Part shown: positions 10,261 through 19,839 of the stretch, one piece after another | Layout: the number at the start of each line of letters is the position of its first letter | Position numbering within the stretch: position 1 is the first letter of the stretch | Source: a virus | Strand: one strand, 5' to 3' | DNA length: 64,000 nt | Virus record (IMG/VR): IMGVR_UViG_3300009432_001268 | Span: 12,192-76,191 of that record | Made by a program: the position numbers and the translations under genes | The notes under the pieces: generated by a model | What the model was told of the DNA's origin: nothing | What the model saw: only the letters and a program-made list of their open reading frames with translations | Databases searched by the model: none

Positions 10261-11123
10261 GGGTTACCTATTTTAAAATCGTTTTTGAGCATAGAGGAGG
10301 TTTTGTAGTAAAGGCCCACGTCTTTCATGAACCATTTTGCGCAATGGTGTGTGCTGATAGCCGTCCATCTAGGGTATTTGACTAAATTGCTGCTTCTTTC
10401 GCTAATAGGCTTTAGCGATTCGTTGGAGAATTCATCAAAAGCGTTACTGTCAAACCATCCGCTCTCTAGAGCTCTAGAGTAGTCGCTTTCCTTTTTAAAA
10501 TATTCAAAACACTTATCGTACCACGTTGAGATTAAATCTATATTATTAGAGTTGGAGTACCACCAGTGGTCGGCGTATCCCGCATTAAACTGGTACCAGA
10601 AAGGGGTGTGCACCTGCTCCATGGATGCAGAGGGGTTGAAGATAACGTCAGTGGGATAACACCCGGCTGGTTGGTAGTACTCTTTGCCGCGAGTCCCCAA
10701 GTCGAATCTTCCGAGAAAGACCGCGTCGTACAAAAAGCCGTTCTTCTTTTCGAATTGTTTTTTTATTTTTACCGCTTCTTTTCTAGAGTAAAGATAGCTC
10801 AAAATAATTTCCAGTTTGCACTCTTTGTACATTGTTTTTTCTCTTTCGAAGCCTTTATTGTACCAGTCTTCGTCCATTAGCGACAGCTCGCGAGAAAAGT
10901 CTTTTTGCTTTTCGACCTTGATCACCTTAATCCATTCCCCGTAAGTTTTTTTTATCTTTTTTTCGTTTTCTATGTCCCAAGAGTGAATAAAAATGTCTAC
11001 TTCTCCGTTGAGTTTATCGATAATCTGCTCTTTAACGTGGAGAAAAGCTTTTTCAGCCGCTACGGTGGTGGCGGTGTCTGATCGGCTAGAAAAATAACCG
11101 TTAAATAGTAATGCCGTTTTCAT
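10257..11123 (-). CDS. Hypothetical protein of the glycan cluster
   Basis: VDIFIHSWD, YDAVFLGRFDL, ADH motifs seen in GT-like phage proteins; ATGA overlaps. Confidence 0.55.
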   Translation of the reverse strand: MKTALLFNGYFSSRSDTATTVAAEKAFLHVKEQIIDKLNGEVDIFIHSWDIENEKKIKKTYGEWIKVIKVEKQKDFSRELSLMDEDWYNKGFEREKTMYKECKLEIILSYLYSRKEAVKIKKQFEKKNGFLYDAVFLGRFDLGTRGKEYYQPAGCYPTDVIFNPSASMEQVHTPFWYQFNAGYADHWWYSNSNNIDLISTWYDKCFEYFKKESDYSRALESGWFDSNAFDEFSNESLKPISERSSNLVKYPRWTAISTHHCAKWFMKDVGLYYKTSSMLKNDFKIGNP

Positions 11124-11722
11124 TTAAACAAATTAAAAGTTCTTAAGTCTCTGTAAGGGGGGTCTTCAACTTGGTCTTCCGCGTGTTCTGGGTAAGCCAT
11201 TAGGAGAGTTAGCCCTCTGGCGGCTTGTTCTGGTGTCATGTACATATTCCAACCGCCGTCTCCTAGGTGGTCGTCTTGAAAGGGAACGCCTATGGTGCGG
11301 CCTTCGTACCTCAACTGCCTTATGGTTTCTGTAGCTCTTTTGTCGTCCGTAAGAATCATGCCTCCTTTTCCTATTTTTAAGGGCTTTTTATGGTGGAAGG
11401 ACAGGCACATGTAGGAGCCGGGAACATACATCCCTGACGTTAACCTCTTAGCGGCGTCGTAAATGGGAAAAGGTTTAAGCTGGTAAATTCCGCTCCATTC
11501 AATATCTTCAAATTCTACCTTTGCTCCGGCTTGTAGTATCGATTGAGGAGGGGAGATATAAGTACGAGCGGGAATTGTTATTGTCGAACCTTGTACTTGT
11601 AAATATTTACAACAAAGAAATATGGCGTCGGTGCAACTATCGCAAGCAATAGCATAAGGAGCGCCGGTATATTCAGCGACTGCTTCCTCGAACCATTCAA
11701 CTATTTCAAAGGGGTTTCTCAT
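11120..11722 (-). CDS. Short DegT/DnrJ/EryC1/StrS PLP sugar aminotransferase
   Basis: FEEAVAEY, SCTDAI, YDAA, LSFHHKKPL (PLP lysine region), GGMILTDD. Confidence 0.85.
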   Translation of the reverse strand: MRNPFEIVEWFEEAVAEYTGAPYAIACDSCTDAIFLCCKYLQVQGSTITIPARTYISPPQSILQAGAKVEFEDIEWSGIYQLKPFPIYDAAKRLTSGMYVPGSYMCLSFHHKKPLKIGKGGMILTDDKRATETIRQLRYEGRTIGVPFQDDHLGDGGWNMYMTPEQAARGLTLLMAYPEHAEDQVEDPPYRDLRTFNLFK

Positions 11723-12093
11723 CTTTCCAAAACATAATACTTCTTCTTAAAGCCAGAACTTTCAAATAATTTTAAACTGGCTTCGTTATCTAACTTAATC
11801 TTAGCGAAAGCCTCCGGGTGCTTTTCCATAAAACTTTCCACCATGAGTTTAGCGACCCCTCTTCTTTGATATTCTTTTCTTGTACCGAGCCTTATATCGT
11901 TTTCCACATGCCCAATAAATCCTATAACCTTTCTCATGTGAGTACAGATTAAATAATTTTTAAAATGATGGGTCATATATTTGAAATGATCCTCGGGGGG
12001 GATAATGTCAGAATTGCCAAAACCTTCTCGGTTTTCGTTGCGAATTTCTAAAATGTCATCCCAGTGACAGGTTTCGCACTTTATTATTTCCAT
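11719..12093 (-). CDS. GNAT N-acetyltransferase
   Basis: YQRRGVA acetyl-CoA motif; NEASLKLFESSGF. Confidence 0.85.
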   Translation of the reverse strand: MEIIKCETCHWDDILEIRNENREGFGNSDIIPPEDHFKYMTHHFKNYLICTHMRKVIGFIGHVENDIRLGTRKEYQRRGVAKLMVESFMEKHPEAFAKIKLDNEASLKLFESSGFKKKYYVLER

Positions 12094-12893
12094 ACGTCCT
12101 CCTCGTGAAGGACAGGGTGGTCAGAGTTGCCCCAGTGAGCTAGTAGGTATGTTCTGCTAGATTTCCACCCTTCTAACTGAAGGAGAGGCCCCAGCGAAGA
12201 CCCTATGTCCATGTACTGGTTGTCGCCGTGATCTTTAAAGAGGTCGTAGCATAAAAAGTTGCTAAGTGTGGCGGCAGAAAAAAGGAATAAATGATTAGAA
12301 ATATCATTTTCTTTTGTCCACTCACTAATCTCTTTAGGCAAATCAAAATTGTTTACCATGCAGTTGCTGCCGATTGGAAAGAACTTCTTTACTTTAAAAG
12401 GTAATTTGTCCAGTTTAGAGTTCTCATTGGCCACCAAAACTATATCTTTACCCTCGAACAAAGGAAGCATTTCTTTAATAAAACGAGAATAGTTTCCATT
12501 TATCATTACGTTACAAAAAGATAGACTTCCCCAGTCGTCCGGGCCGTACAATTCCGTACAAAATTTCCAAGATTGTCCGCCATCCAAACTGTTCTGTCCC
12601 GGAATGCCTTTTATATAATTCTTTTTCTTAAATTTGAAAGCTTCTATGAGCTTTTCGTGCTCTCTTTTATTGAGGGAAGGGATAAAGCTTTTTTGTTCCT
12701 CGGGCATGTAGCTGTTAGCGTAAACTTTTTGGTCGCCGTGAATATCTCCTTGGATGAAGTGATCTTCAGCGAGAACAACAGTCTTGTTTCTCAGCACCGT
12801 AACCTCTCCGTCTGAGAAGCGAGAAAAAGCAAAAGGGGTTCTATCCTTGACGAGGGCTAGAATTCTGTCAAATTCTTCTTTATAATTCTTCAT
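12084..12893 (-). CDS. Putative GT-D fold glycosyltransferase
   Basis: FAFSRFSDGE near the N-terminus and MDIGS near the C-terminus. Confidence 0.6.
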   Translation of the reverse strand: MKNYKEEFDRILALVKDRTPFAFSRFSDGEVTVLRNKTVVLAEDHFIQGDIHGDQKVYANSYMPEEQKSFIPSLNKREHEKLIEAFKFKKKNYIKGIPGQNSLDGGQSWKFCTELYGPDDWGSLSFCNVMINGNYSRFIKEMLPLFEGKDIVLVANENSKLDKLPFKVKKFFPIGSNCMVNNFDLPKEISEWTKENDISNHLFLFSAATLSNFLCYDLFKDHGDNQYMDIGSSLGPLLQLEGWKSSRTYLLAHWGNSDHPVLHEEDVWK

Positions 12894-13788
12894 CTACAAA
12901 GTCTAGGTTGAGTCCTCCAATGTGTCGTGGCATCCATCCTGTAACTTGGGTTATTTTGGAGGTATCCACTGAGTAGCGAACGTCTTGCCCCCAACGATCC
13001 TCTACGTGCTGGATCTCTGCGTCAGTCTTGTTAAATTTTTTTATTATAGTCTGCACTACTTCCTTGTTTGTAAAATGATTATTAGCTGCGATATTAAAGC
13101 AATCATTTGTAATCCCTTTTTCTATGATGCTCATTATACCGTCAACATTATCCTTTACATAAGTCCAATCCCTTACGTAAGAGCCATCCCCATGGAGGGG
13201 TATTTTACTGCCGTCTTTCAGGCAAGAAATGGCTTTAGCTACGAGCTTCTCTTCATACTGTCTGCTGCCGTAGTTATTGCCGCTTCGGCTTACCACGTAC
13301 TCGATCCCGTAAGTTCGGTGGTAAGAGTTTATTAGCATCTCCGAACAGGCTTTGGTCGCTGAATAGGGGTTGCTCGGGTTAAGTTTATCATTTTCTTTGA
13401 AGGCTCCCTCGGTTATGTCACCGTAAACTTCGTCCGTGCTGATGTGAAAAAAGAGAGGGCGTTTATATTTCGGCTTGGTTCTTATGAGCTCCAGTAGGTT
13501 GTGTACACCTATAACGTTTGACTCTATAAAAGGAGCGCAGTTCGTTATGGAGTTATCCACGTGGCTTTCTGCTGCAAAATTAACAACTATATCGCAAGTG
13601 GGAAGGTGCCTTATGTTGGCAATGTTACCATGCGTTAACGTATAGTTTTTATCTTTATCCCAAGGAAGCGATCGGTGAGAAGCGTATCCCATCTTGTCTA
13701 TGTCATAAACGCGCCACCCTTTTTCTAGGGCGCTCTCGACAAAATGGCTTCCTATAAAGCCTCTGCCGCCTGTTACTGTAACTTTCAT
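12880..13788 (-). CDS. rfbB: dTDP-glucose 4,6-dehydratase
   Basis: VTGGRGFIGS, NFAAESHVD, ISTDEVYG, PSNPYSATK, NNYG, RDWTYV, DRWGQDVRY; start set at MKVTVTGG (ATGA overlap). Confidence 0.93.
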   Translation of the reverse strand: MKVTVTGGRGFIGSHFVESALEKGWRVYDIDKMGYASHRSLPWDKDKNYTLTHGNIANIRHLPTCDIVVNFAAESHVDNSITNCAPFIESNVIGVHNLLELIRTKPKYKRPLFFHISTDEVYGDITEGAFKENDKLNPSNPYSATKACSEMLINSYHRTYGIEYVVSRSGNNYGSRQYEEKLVAKAISCLKDGSKIPLHGDGSYVRDWTYVKDNVDGIMSIIEKGITNDCFNIAANNHFTNKEVVQTIIKKFNKTDAEIQHVEDRWGQDVRYSVDTSKITQVTGWMPRHIGGLNLDFVDEEL

Positions 13789-14789
13789 AGCAGTTGTAAT
13801 ATTTTCTCCGCTGCTTTGCCGTCTCCAAAAGGGCACTCTCCTTCTGGGGTAAAGTCTTCTTTTACTTTATTAAAGAGATTGGGAAGCTCCCCAACTGATT
13901 TACATAGATAAGTGAAAGTTCCTAACGCTTCGGGCCTTTCAGTAGTCTCCCTACAAACAATAACTTTCTTCTTCAAGAACGATGCTTCTTCTTGAAGGCC
14001 CCCGCTATCCGTGATCAAAAAACGGCAAGCAGTTATTCTTTTTATGAATTCTTTATGGGGAAGAGGTTGTATGGCTCTAACATTACTTAGCGGTTTCTTG
14101 AATGTCCCTTTGGAGTCCGGGTTGGGGTGAGATATAAAAACAAAATTTAAAGTGGGGTTCTCGGAGGCTATCTCTTCTATTTGCTGATACCAGAAAGGTA
14201 TCAGTTTGTGGTTTTCTCTCCGGTGAAGGGTTATTAGAATGTCGTTATTGTAACTAACGTCAGCCGTTGTTAGGTGGTCGAGAACAGTATTTCCTACCAC
14301 ATGCATTTCTCCTTTAACGTTTTCGTTTATAAGGTTTGTTTTGTTTGCTTCGGTGGCGCATAAGTGTACGTCAGTTAGGCGAGAAATACTTTGTCTGTAA
14401 GTCTCCTCGGGGTATGGGTGCCTCTTGTCATGGGTTCTCAGTCCTGCTTCGAGATGAATTACCCCTAACCCTTTGTTGAATGCAGTCAAAGCGCAAGCAA
14501 AGGCTGACGCCGTGTCTCCTTGAACCATTACGTGAGTGAAGCCGTCTTCTAAAATTTGATCGAAAGCATAAGACCCAGTTATAAAAGAGAAAATTGAATT
14601 TAGTCTGTTGGGGGAGCAGTTATTAATTTCGAGGGAGTAATTAGGTTTTAAGCCTCCGTCTAGTAGGTCTGTATGCTGCCCCGTGCACAAGGAAGATATA
14701 TTGTGGTACTGCACCAGACAGTTCTTTAAAATTGGTGAAATCTTAATGAGCTCAGGCCGAGTTCCGTAGCAAATTAATATTTTTTTCAT
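13785..14789 (-). CDS. wecB: UDP-N-acetylglucosamine 2-epimerase (non-hydrolysing)
   Basis: GTRPELIK, TGQH, QGDT, HLEAGLRT, PEE, TLHRREN, TDSGGLQEE, TERPE, PFGDG. Confidence 0.95.
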   Translation of the reverse strand: MKKILICYGTRPELIKISPILKNCLVQYHNISSLCTGQHTDLLDGGLKPNYSLEINNCSPNRLNSIFSFITGSYAFDQILEDGFTHVMVQGDTASAFACALTAFNKGLGVIHLEAGLRTHDKRHPYPEETYRQSISRLTDVHLCATEANKTNLINENVKGEMHVVGNTVLDHLTTADVSYNNDILITLHRRENHKLIPFWYQQIEEIASENPTLNFVFISHPNPDSKGTFKKPLSNVRAIQPLPHKEFIKRITACRFLITDSGGLQEEASFLKKKVIVCRETTERPEALGTFTYLCKSVGELPNLFNKVKEDFTPEGECPFGDGKAAEKILQLL

Positions 14790-15514
14790 AGGCTCATAGG
14801 TTTGAACCCCTTGTCGATAGTAGTCTTTAGGGCTTGGCCAAAAGATGAAGCATGGTGGTTAACTGAAATAGCGTTCTTGTCTACCCCGTACTCAAAGGCT
14901 AACTTGGGATGGGATCCCCACATTTCCATATCGCCCCTTGGGTGAGGGGGAACAAAGGTTCCTAGGCCCAAGTGTTTTTGAATGGAGTAAGAAAAGTGCA
15001 TGTCTTCTCCGCATATTCTGCTTTCTGGGACAGGAGCCTCCCTCCAAAAAGCTCCGAGCCATTCCCTTTTAAAGAACCAGCTATGCCCGACTATGTCTAC
15101 TTGTTTTGTTTCCTCGTTGGGGTTAGCCCAGCCGTGCCTGTCATAATTTATGTAATTTTCATCCTTAAATATGACGCCGATAGCACCTAAGAGCCCTTCC
15201 TGTTTTTCAATGGTGCTTAAACAATTTTCCAGCCACTTAGAGCCGGGAATAGTGTCGTCGTCAAACACACAAACATATTCGGTGGTTGCGTTAAGCGCGT
15301 AAGCAAAACGAGCCCACACTCCAAAATTGGCGTTGTTGACAGTGACTATACAGTCTCGAAGTAATGAATAATCAAATTTCTCATCACTGTCTTTGTTCTG
15401 CCAAAACATAACGGTATCCGGAGAGACCGTTTGTCGTGCTAGCGCGTCGATTTGGGCCTTTAGGGTGTGAGGCCTGCGGTACCCGTTCAAAATTACTGTT
15501 ATTTTTTTATTCAC
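14786..15514 (-). CDS. GT-A fold glycosyltransferase (GT2-like)
   Basis: TVILNGYRR, VFDDDTIP DxD motif, GEDMHFS. Confidence 0.78.
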   Translation of the reverse strand: MNKKITVILNGYRRPHTLKAQIDALARQTVSPDTVMFWQNKDSDEKFDYSLLRDCIVTVNNANFGVWARFAYALNATTEYVCVFDDDTIPGSKWLENCLSTIEKQEGLLGAIGVIFKDENYINYDRHGWANPNEETKQVDIVGHSWFFKREWLGAFWREAPVPESRICGEDMHFSYSIQKHLGLGTFVPPHPRGDMEMWGSHPKLAFEYGVDKNAISVNHHASSFGQALKTTIDKGFKPMSL

Positions 15515-16352
15515 GAATACTCCTAAAGAAATCCCTAAACCCTTTTCGTTTCTCCCTCATAAAGTCTATCATTTCTTTTCCATCCTTTTTGTACCACGGT
15601 TCATATGAACATCCTATGAGGTTGTTTATTACCGTTTTGACTCCCATCATTTTAGCCTCAAGAACGAGCCTGCAGCAAGTTTCCGGGGTGGAAGGATAGA
15701 AAACTAAATGAGAATATTGAGAAAGTTTATGTAGAAACTTATCGTAGTCGCGATCTTCGATTATGTCGTATTGGATTTTTTCTTTCTCGCAAAATTCGAC
15801 AGATTCCTTAACACCTTTCTGGGGATAAAGGGAATTAACTATGGCGTAGCGAGATCGCTTTGGCGTTTCAAGAAGGCTTTCGAGAAGGTCTAAATGCTTC
15901 TCTGACCATAGGTTACCCGAAAAGCTGACGGTTTTATCCGGACACTTTAGGTTTTTATCGTAAATGTCTTTCTGAAACTGGGTTTGGCAAATTATTTTGT
16001 GGGAAGCCTTATGAAACTCTACGTTTATTAAGTCTTTTGGGGGGACAATTTGATTGGGATATACAGCGGGGTTGGTATGTTGTACAAATTTATAATCATG
16101 GCAGTACAATATGTATTTGCACTTACTTTGTATAAGGTCCCGAATGGCGGGACTAATCCCGAAGAAGTTGGAAATTATAAAGAAAGAGTCGAGGTTCTCT
16201 TGGACGAACCCCTCGTAAAGGTAACGACTTTTTATTTTTTGTACATCGAAACGCTCAGATAAGAGTCTGTATATCTCTTCATCATTTAAAGCTGCTCCGC
16301 CTACAAAATCATCAATAAAAAAATCACTTATTAATATAACCTTATCATTCAA
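15507..16352 (-). CDS. GT-B fold glycosyltransferase
   Basis: GGAALND, YCHDY, QKG, ETCCRLVLEAKMMG (E-x7-E); probable TTG start overlapping the upstream stop. Confidence 0.7.
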   Translation of the reverse strand: MNDKVILISDFFIDDFVGGAALNDEEIYRLLSERFDVQKIKSRYLYEGFVQENLDSFFIISNFFGISPAIRDLIQSKCKYILYCHDYKFVQHTNPAVYPNQIVPPKDLINVEFHKASHKIICQTQFQKDIYDKNLKCPDKTVSFSGNLWSEKHLDLLESLLETPKRSRYAIVNSLYPQKGVKESVEFCEKEKIQYDIIEDRDYDKFLHKLSQYSHLVFYPSTPETCCRLVLEAKMMGVKTVINNLIGCSYEPWYKKDGKEMIDFMREKRKGFRDFFRSIRE

Positions 16353-16686
16353 ATCTGCTTGGATCTTTGGGGTGTTTTCCCCCTTTTCTCTTTGCTGAGT
16401 AGTCCTTAAAAAATTGTTTTTTAACTGGGTCCTCCCCTTGCTGTTTCGTTCTCTTTTCAGAAGCGATAGCCGACTGGTCCCATATGTCTCCAATAGTTCC
16501 TTTTGCTTTTTGCCTAAACTCAGATGGGGAATTGGGATCTATTCTGGTATCTATCGCAGCATGAGGAACGGTGTAGATTCGGTTGTAAGACACCCCTTCT
16601 ATCTCATAAGAGTGTTCTTCGTGAACGCTCTGCCACACATTAACCAGTTCGCCGGTATCTGGGTTTTCGTAAACATATTCAGGCAT
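16345..16686 (-). CDS. FmdB-like small protein (Cys-less variant)
   Basis: MPEYVYENPDTGE N-terminus resembles MPxYxY FmdB family; basic C-terminus. Confidence 0.5.
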   Translation of the reverse strand: MPEYVYENPDTGELVNVWQSVHEEHSYEIEGVSYNRIYTVPHAAIDTRIDPNSPSEFRQKAKGTIGDIWDQSAIASEKRTKQQGEDPVKKQFFKDYSAKRKGGKHPKDPSRFE

Positions 16687-17767
16687 CCATAACCTCCATA
16701 ATTGCGTCAACAGTCTTTTTGTAAGTGAATTTCTCTTGGAGTTCAAGGCCAGCGGTATTCTCTGGGGAGGCTTTGTATCTTTCTATCGCCTTCTCGCAGC
16801 CATCAATGAAGGCGTCTTCGTCAAAGGTGAAAATTTTACCCTGATTGTAAGGGTTTCCTTTTTTGAAAAATATTCCGTCAGCCGAGTCTTCTTTACCGTT
16901 AGGTTCTACTAGGACGCTATTTTCGTCGGTCGCCCACTCCTTGTAGGCTGAAGCATTTAAAATAACAGAGTGTTTTCCGAGGGCTACGGATTGGAACTCG
17001 GGAAGGCCCCATCCTTCTGCACCGGACATCCCCAGTATAATATTTCCAGAATTAAGGAAGTCATTATAGAGGACGTTCTTCTGCATCATCCCTAGGAAGT
17101 TGATGTTGAAGTAAGACTTCCCTTCCATGATCTGACTTAGGCACCCTTTAAAATCCGCCTCTTTTATAAAAGGGTTAGCTATGGCGCACTGCAGAACATA
17201 GTCTTTATTGTTTCCGTATTTCTTTAGCCACGCTTGGATTACTTTTTTGTGGTGTTTTCTTTTCTCGAGCTTTCCTGTTAGGTTAAATACTATTTTACCT
17301 TTTAGGTAGTCTTCTTTTTTGACATTAAAATTATCTTTATCAAAGCCTAGGGGAATATATTTGCAGTTGTCTACTCCGTAGCTCTCCAGAACTTCTTTGG
17401 TATAATGGGAGCTTACTGCTAGGTTCTTCTGGTTTTTAGCTATGTTAACCTCTATGGACGTGGGGTTGTCCAATTCATAGAAGGTAAAAAGTGTTTGGTC
17501 TTTTGCATAAGACGTTAGGCTGTCGTGGTTTAAGTGCCACAGTTTAAAAATTGGGGTGTTTCGGTCGTACTGTTCAAAAGCTTTCTTTATTCCCGACTCG
17601 ATCCACTTATTAAAGTCGGGGCTAGTATCTTGTGAACTTAGGTCTGATTGGCCTATTGTAAACAGACAAGGCTGCACGCCCTTCTGGTGAAACTCACGCA
17701 AAAGGGCTGTGCTAACCTGTCCGAAACTTACACCATTAAGTGGAAGATGTAAGGCGAAGTCCGACAT
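16679..17767 (-). CDS. Glycosyltransferase family 4 (GT-B)
   Basis: IPLGFD, RK, AEGWGLPEFQSVALGK. Confidence 0.85.
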   Translation of the reverse strand: MSDFALHLPLNGVSFGQVSTALLREFHQKGVQPCLFTIGQSDLSSQDTSPDFNKWIESGIKKAFEQYDRNTPIFKLWHLNHDSLTSYAKDQTLFTFYELDNPTSIEVNIAKNQKNLAVSSHYTKEVLESYGVDNCKYIPLGFDKDNFNVKKEDYLKGKIVFNLTGKLEKRKHHKKVIQAWLKKYGNNKDYVLQCAIANPFIKEADFKGCLSQIMEGKSYFNINFLGMMQKNVLYNDFLNSGNIILGMSGAEGWGLPEFQSVALGKHSVILNASAYKEWATDENSVLVEPNGKEDSADGIFFKKGNPYNQGKIFTFDEDAFIDGCEKAIERYKASPENTAGLELQEKFTYKKTVDAIMEVMDA

Positions 17768-18079
17768 CTAAAACAATGTTTCCTCATCTGACGAAGTCGC
17801 TGCCGCAGCTTTTTCTTGGGTAGCTTCCTTCCCAGATCCCTGCTGCTGCTCGCGGCTTTCGCTTTTGTACACTTGGAAGTCAGGAGCTTTGTCGTTAGCA
17901 ATGCTTCCGTCTTCGTTGTATTTGCTTTTGTTCTTGAAGATTACCAGTTGCAACTTACCTGTCGAATCTTTCAGTTCGATGTGGCCAGTCATGTACTGTG
18001 TGCCGCTAACGCTCTTCTTTACCCAAAGAGCACCAAGTTCGCGCTCTTTCCATTCGTTGTTCTTTTGTTCGTTCGACAT
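17768..18079 (-). CDS. Putative single-stranded DNA-binding protein (DUF736-like)
   Basis: LGALW..GTQYMTG..FKN..KAPDF core; low-complexity linker; acidic-aromatic tail SSDEETLF. Confidence 0.55.
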   Translation of the reverse strand: MSNEQKNNEWKERELGALWVKKSVSGTQYMTGHIELKDSTGKLQLVIFKNKSKYNEDGSIANDKAPDFQVYKSESREQQQGSGKEATQEKAAAATSSDEETLF

Positions 18080-18089
18080 AAGAGTCTGT

Positions 18090-18118
18090 ATATTGTACCA
18101 AGCGGGGAGGCTTGTCAA
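18090..18118 (-). promoter_or_regulatory. Sigma70-like promoter, TTGACA-N5-CCCCG class
   Basis: TTGACA AGCCTCCCCGCTTGGTA CAATAT, just upstream of the ATG at 18079. Confidence 0.6.
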
Positions 18119-18128
18119 CACTTTTTTT

Positions 18129-18731
18129 TCAAATAGAATCGAGAAACTTTTTGCTTGTTATTTTCCTTCTCAAAACTGCTATTCCCCGGTTGTGTAGATT
18201 GATTGCGGTTTGGGTGCTCACGTTTAACTCTTCTGCCACCTTGCACCATGACGGCTTTTTGTGTTGAGTGGAATATCTCATTGAGAAAATATCTTTTATC
18301 CTTTTGTCCTTGAGCTGATTAAGAATATTTCCGGTGAACTCAAAGAGGTTTCTTTCTGGCTCTTCATCGGGTCTTTCTCTAAGTATTTCAAGTATTTCGT
18401 CTTCTGTGGATACCAGCCGATCTTTTGACTTCTTATTTAAGGCGTTAAGGCAGCTGTATTTGACTTGGTTGGCTAGCCAAGTAGAGAATTTTACATTTTT
18501 ATCAATGTTAAAACTCTTGGCGGAGTTCCAAATAATTAAATTTTTATCAGAGGAGGCATCAATGATGTTTATATTGTTTGCGTAGAAGGGACTGGCGTAT
18601 CTTTTTATTACTTTAAAGCAGATAGGTGAGTGACGCTTTATCAGCTCCTCTAAGCTTTTCTCGCAATTAGTCAGTTTAATTCTTTCGACTAGATAGTTAT
18701 CGCTTACATTATCCCAACATCCTTTTTCCAT
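18129..18731 (-). CDS. Phage RNA polymerase sigma factor (sigma70 regions 2 and 4)
   Basis: SDNYLV..LEELIKRH; region 2 KSFN..KFSTWLANQVK; HTH region 4 KVAEELNVSTQT. Confidence 0.85.
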   Translation of the reverse strand: MEKGCWDNVSDNYLVERIKLTNCEKSLEELIKRHSPICFKVIKRYASPFYANNINIIDASSDKNLIIWNSAKSFNIDKNVKFSTWLANQVKYSCLNALNKKSKDRLVSTEDEILEILRERPDEEPERNLFEFTGNILNQLKDKRIKDIFSMRYSTQHKKPSWCKVAEELNVSTQTAINLHNRGIAVLRRKITSKKFLDSI

Positions 18732-19147
18732 AAATCCACCTTATTCCCGAAGTTTCCGAACGAACAACCGCTATCCTCCTCCATGTCAAGGGCATAGCGC
18801 TCATGCTTCTTAAACATACGTGGTAGAATTATAGAGTATTCGATTAGATCGTCAAAGTTTTTTTCTAAAAAAACATTAGCGTCAGAAAACGGAGCTTCAA
18901 AAGGATCGCTAGATTCGACGATTGTCTCTACGAGGAAGGAGAAATCTGAATCCGTATCATCAGAGAATAAACAACTATCGAAGCGGCAAATCTTAATATC
19001 ATAAGAGAAAAACGCATTAAGTTCGTTGAACTTTAGATTATGTACTTGAGTAAGGGTGTCGGGGTGCAGGCTAAGCTCAGCGCCTATTCCACAGCAAGCC
19101 GCTATGGGTTGGCATGAGATGTCGACAAGAGAAGATCCTTCAAACAT
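18704..19147 (-). CDS. Hypothetical protein
   Basis: 147 aa ORF overlapping both neighbours in the operon. Confidence 0.55.
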   Translation of the reverse strand: MFEGSSLVDISCQPIAACCGIGAELSLHPDTLTQVHNLKFNELNAFFSYDIKICRFDSCLFSDDTDSDFSFLVETIVESSDPFEAPFSDANVFLEKNFDDLIEYSIILPRMFKKHERYALDMEEDSGCSFGNFGNKVDLWKKDVGIM

Positions 19148-19733
19148 ACAATTTCTTTACCCATTTTAGCATCTGGGAGGCAGAAATTATTTTTTTTGTT
19201 TCGTTTTTTTCACTTTTCCAATTAAGAATGAAGTCTGCTTCTCGTTTTACTAGGGCGTCGTTTTCTCTTTCTTCTTCATTGGCTGGGGGGAAATACACTC
19301 TTTTTCCATTTACTTCCTCATACCTAGAGAGATGGATTAAAACTCCATTTATTTCGTTTTTCAACCAATACACTTCGTCTTTTTCGTACCGATTAAACCT
19401 TACGTCCGTAATAATATTAATTTTATCCGCCGCTAATTCTTTATTTAACAGGTCTACCCAATGCCTACCGTTTGATAAATTTCTTTTTATTACCCCGTGA
19501 GCTACTAGGAAAGGGCGGATCTTATCCTTTTCCTCCCTAGTGCAATTAGACGAATCAATTCCATAAAGTTCACGGGAAGCCGAAGATATTTCCTGTTTTA
19601 ATTTGTTTGCAATAGCTAGCTCCCTGTACGGTAGCTCCATCCTTTGCAATAATTTAATTATAATAGTCGAGAGCGTATTCTTCCCGCACCCTGCTACACC
19701 TGAGATACCTATGTTTTTATACTTAAACTTCAT
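19140..19733 (-). CDS. Deoxynucleoside monophosphate kinase
   Basis: IGISGVAGCGKNT P-loop, ANKLK, IITDVRF, ADFIL. Confidence 0.82.
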   Translation of the reverse strand: MKFKYKNIGISGVAGCGKNTLSTIIIKLLQRMELPYRELAIANKLKQEISSASRELYGIDSSNCTREEKDKIRPFLVAHGVIKRNLSNGRHWVDLLNKELAADKINIITDVRFNRYEKDEVYWLKNEINGVLIHLSRYEEVNGKRVYFPPANEEERENDALVKREADFILNWKSEKNETKKIISASQMLKWVKKLYV

Positions 19734-19746
19734 TTAACTTAACTTC

Positions 19747-19771
19747 TATTATTATTATGATAATAATAATA
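19747..19771. repeat. Perfect 12 bp AT-only inverted repeat
   Basis: TATTATTATTAT-G-ATAATAATAATA. Confidence 0.85.
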
Positions 19772-19839
19772 TTTTTATATTTAATTTCGTAGAACGCAAT
19801 GTATTGACAGTAACTTTTTCAAGGAAATATACAGAAGAC

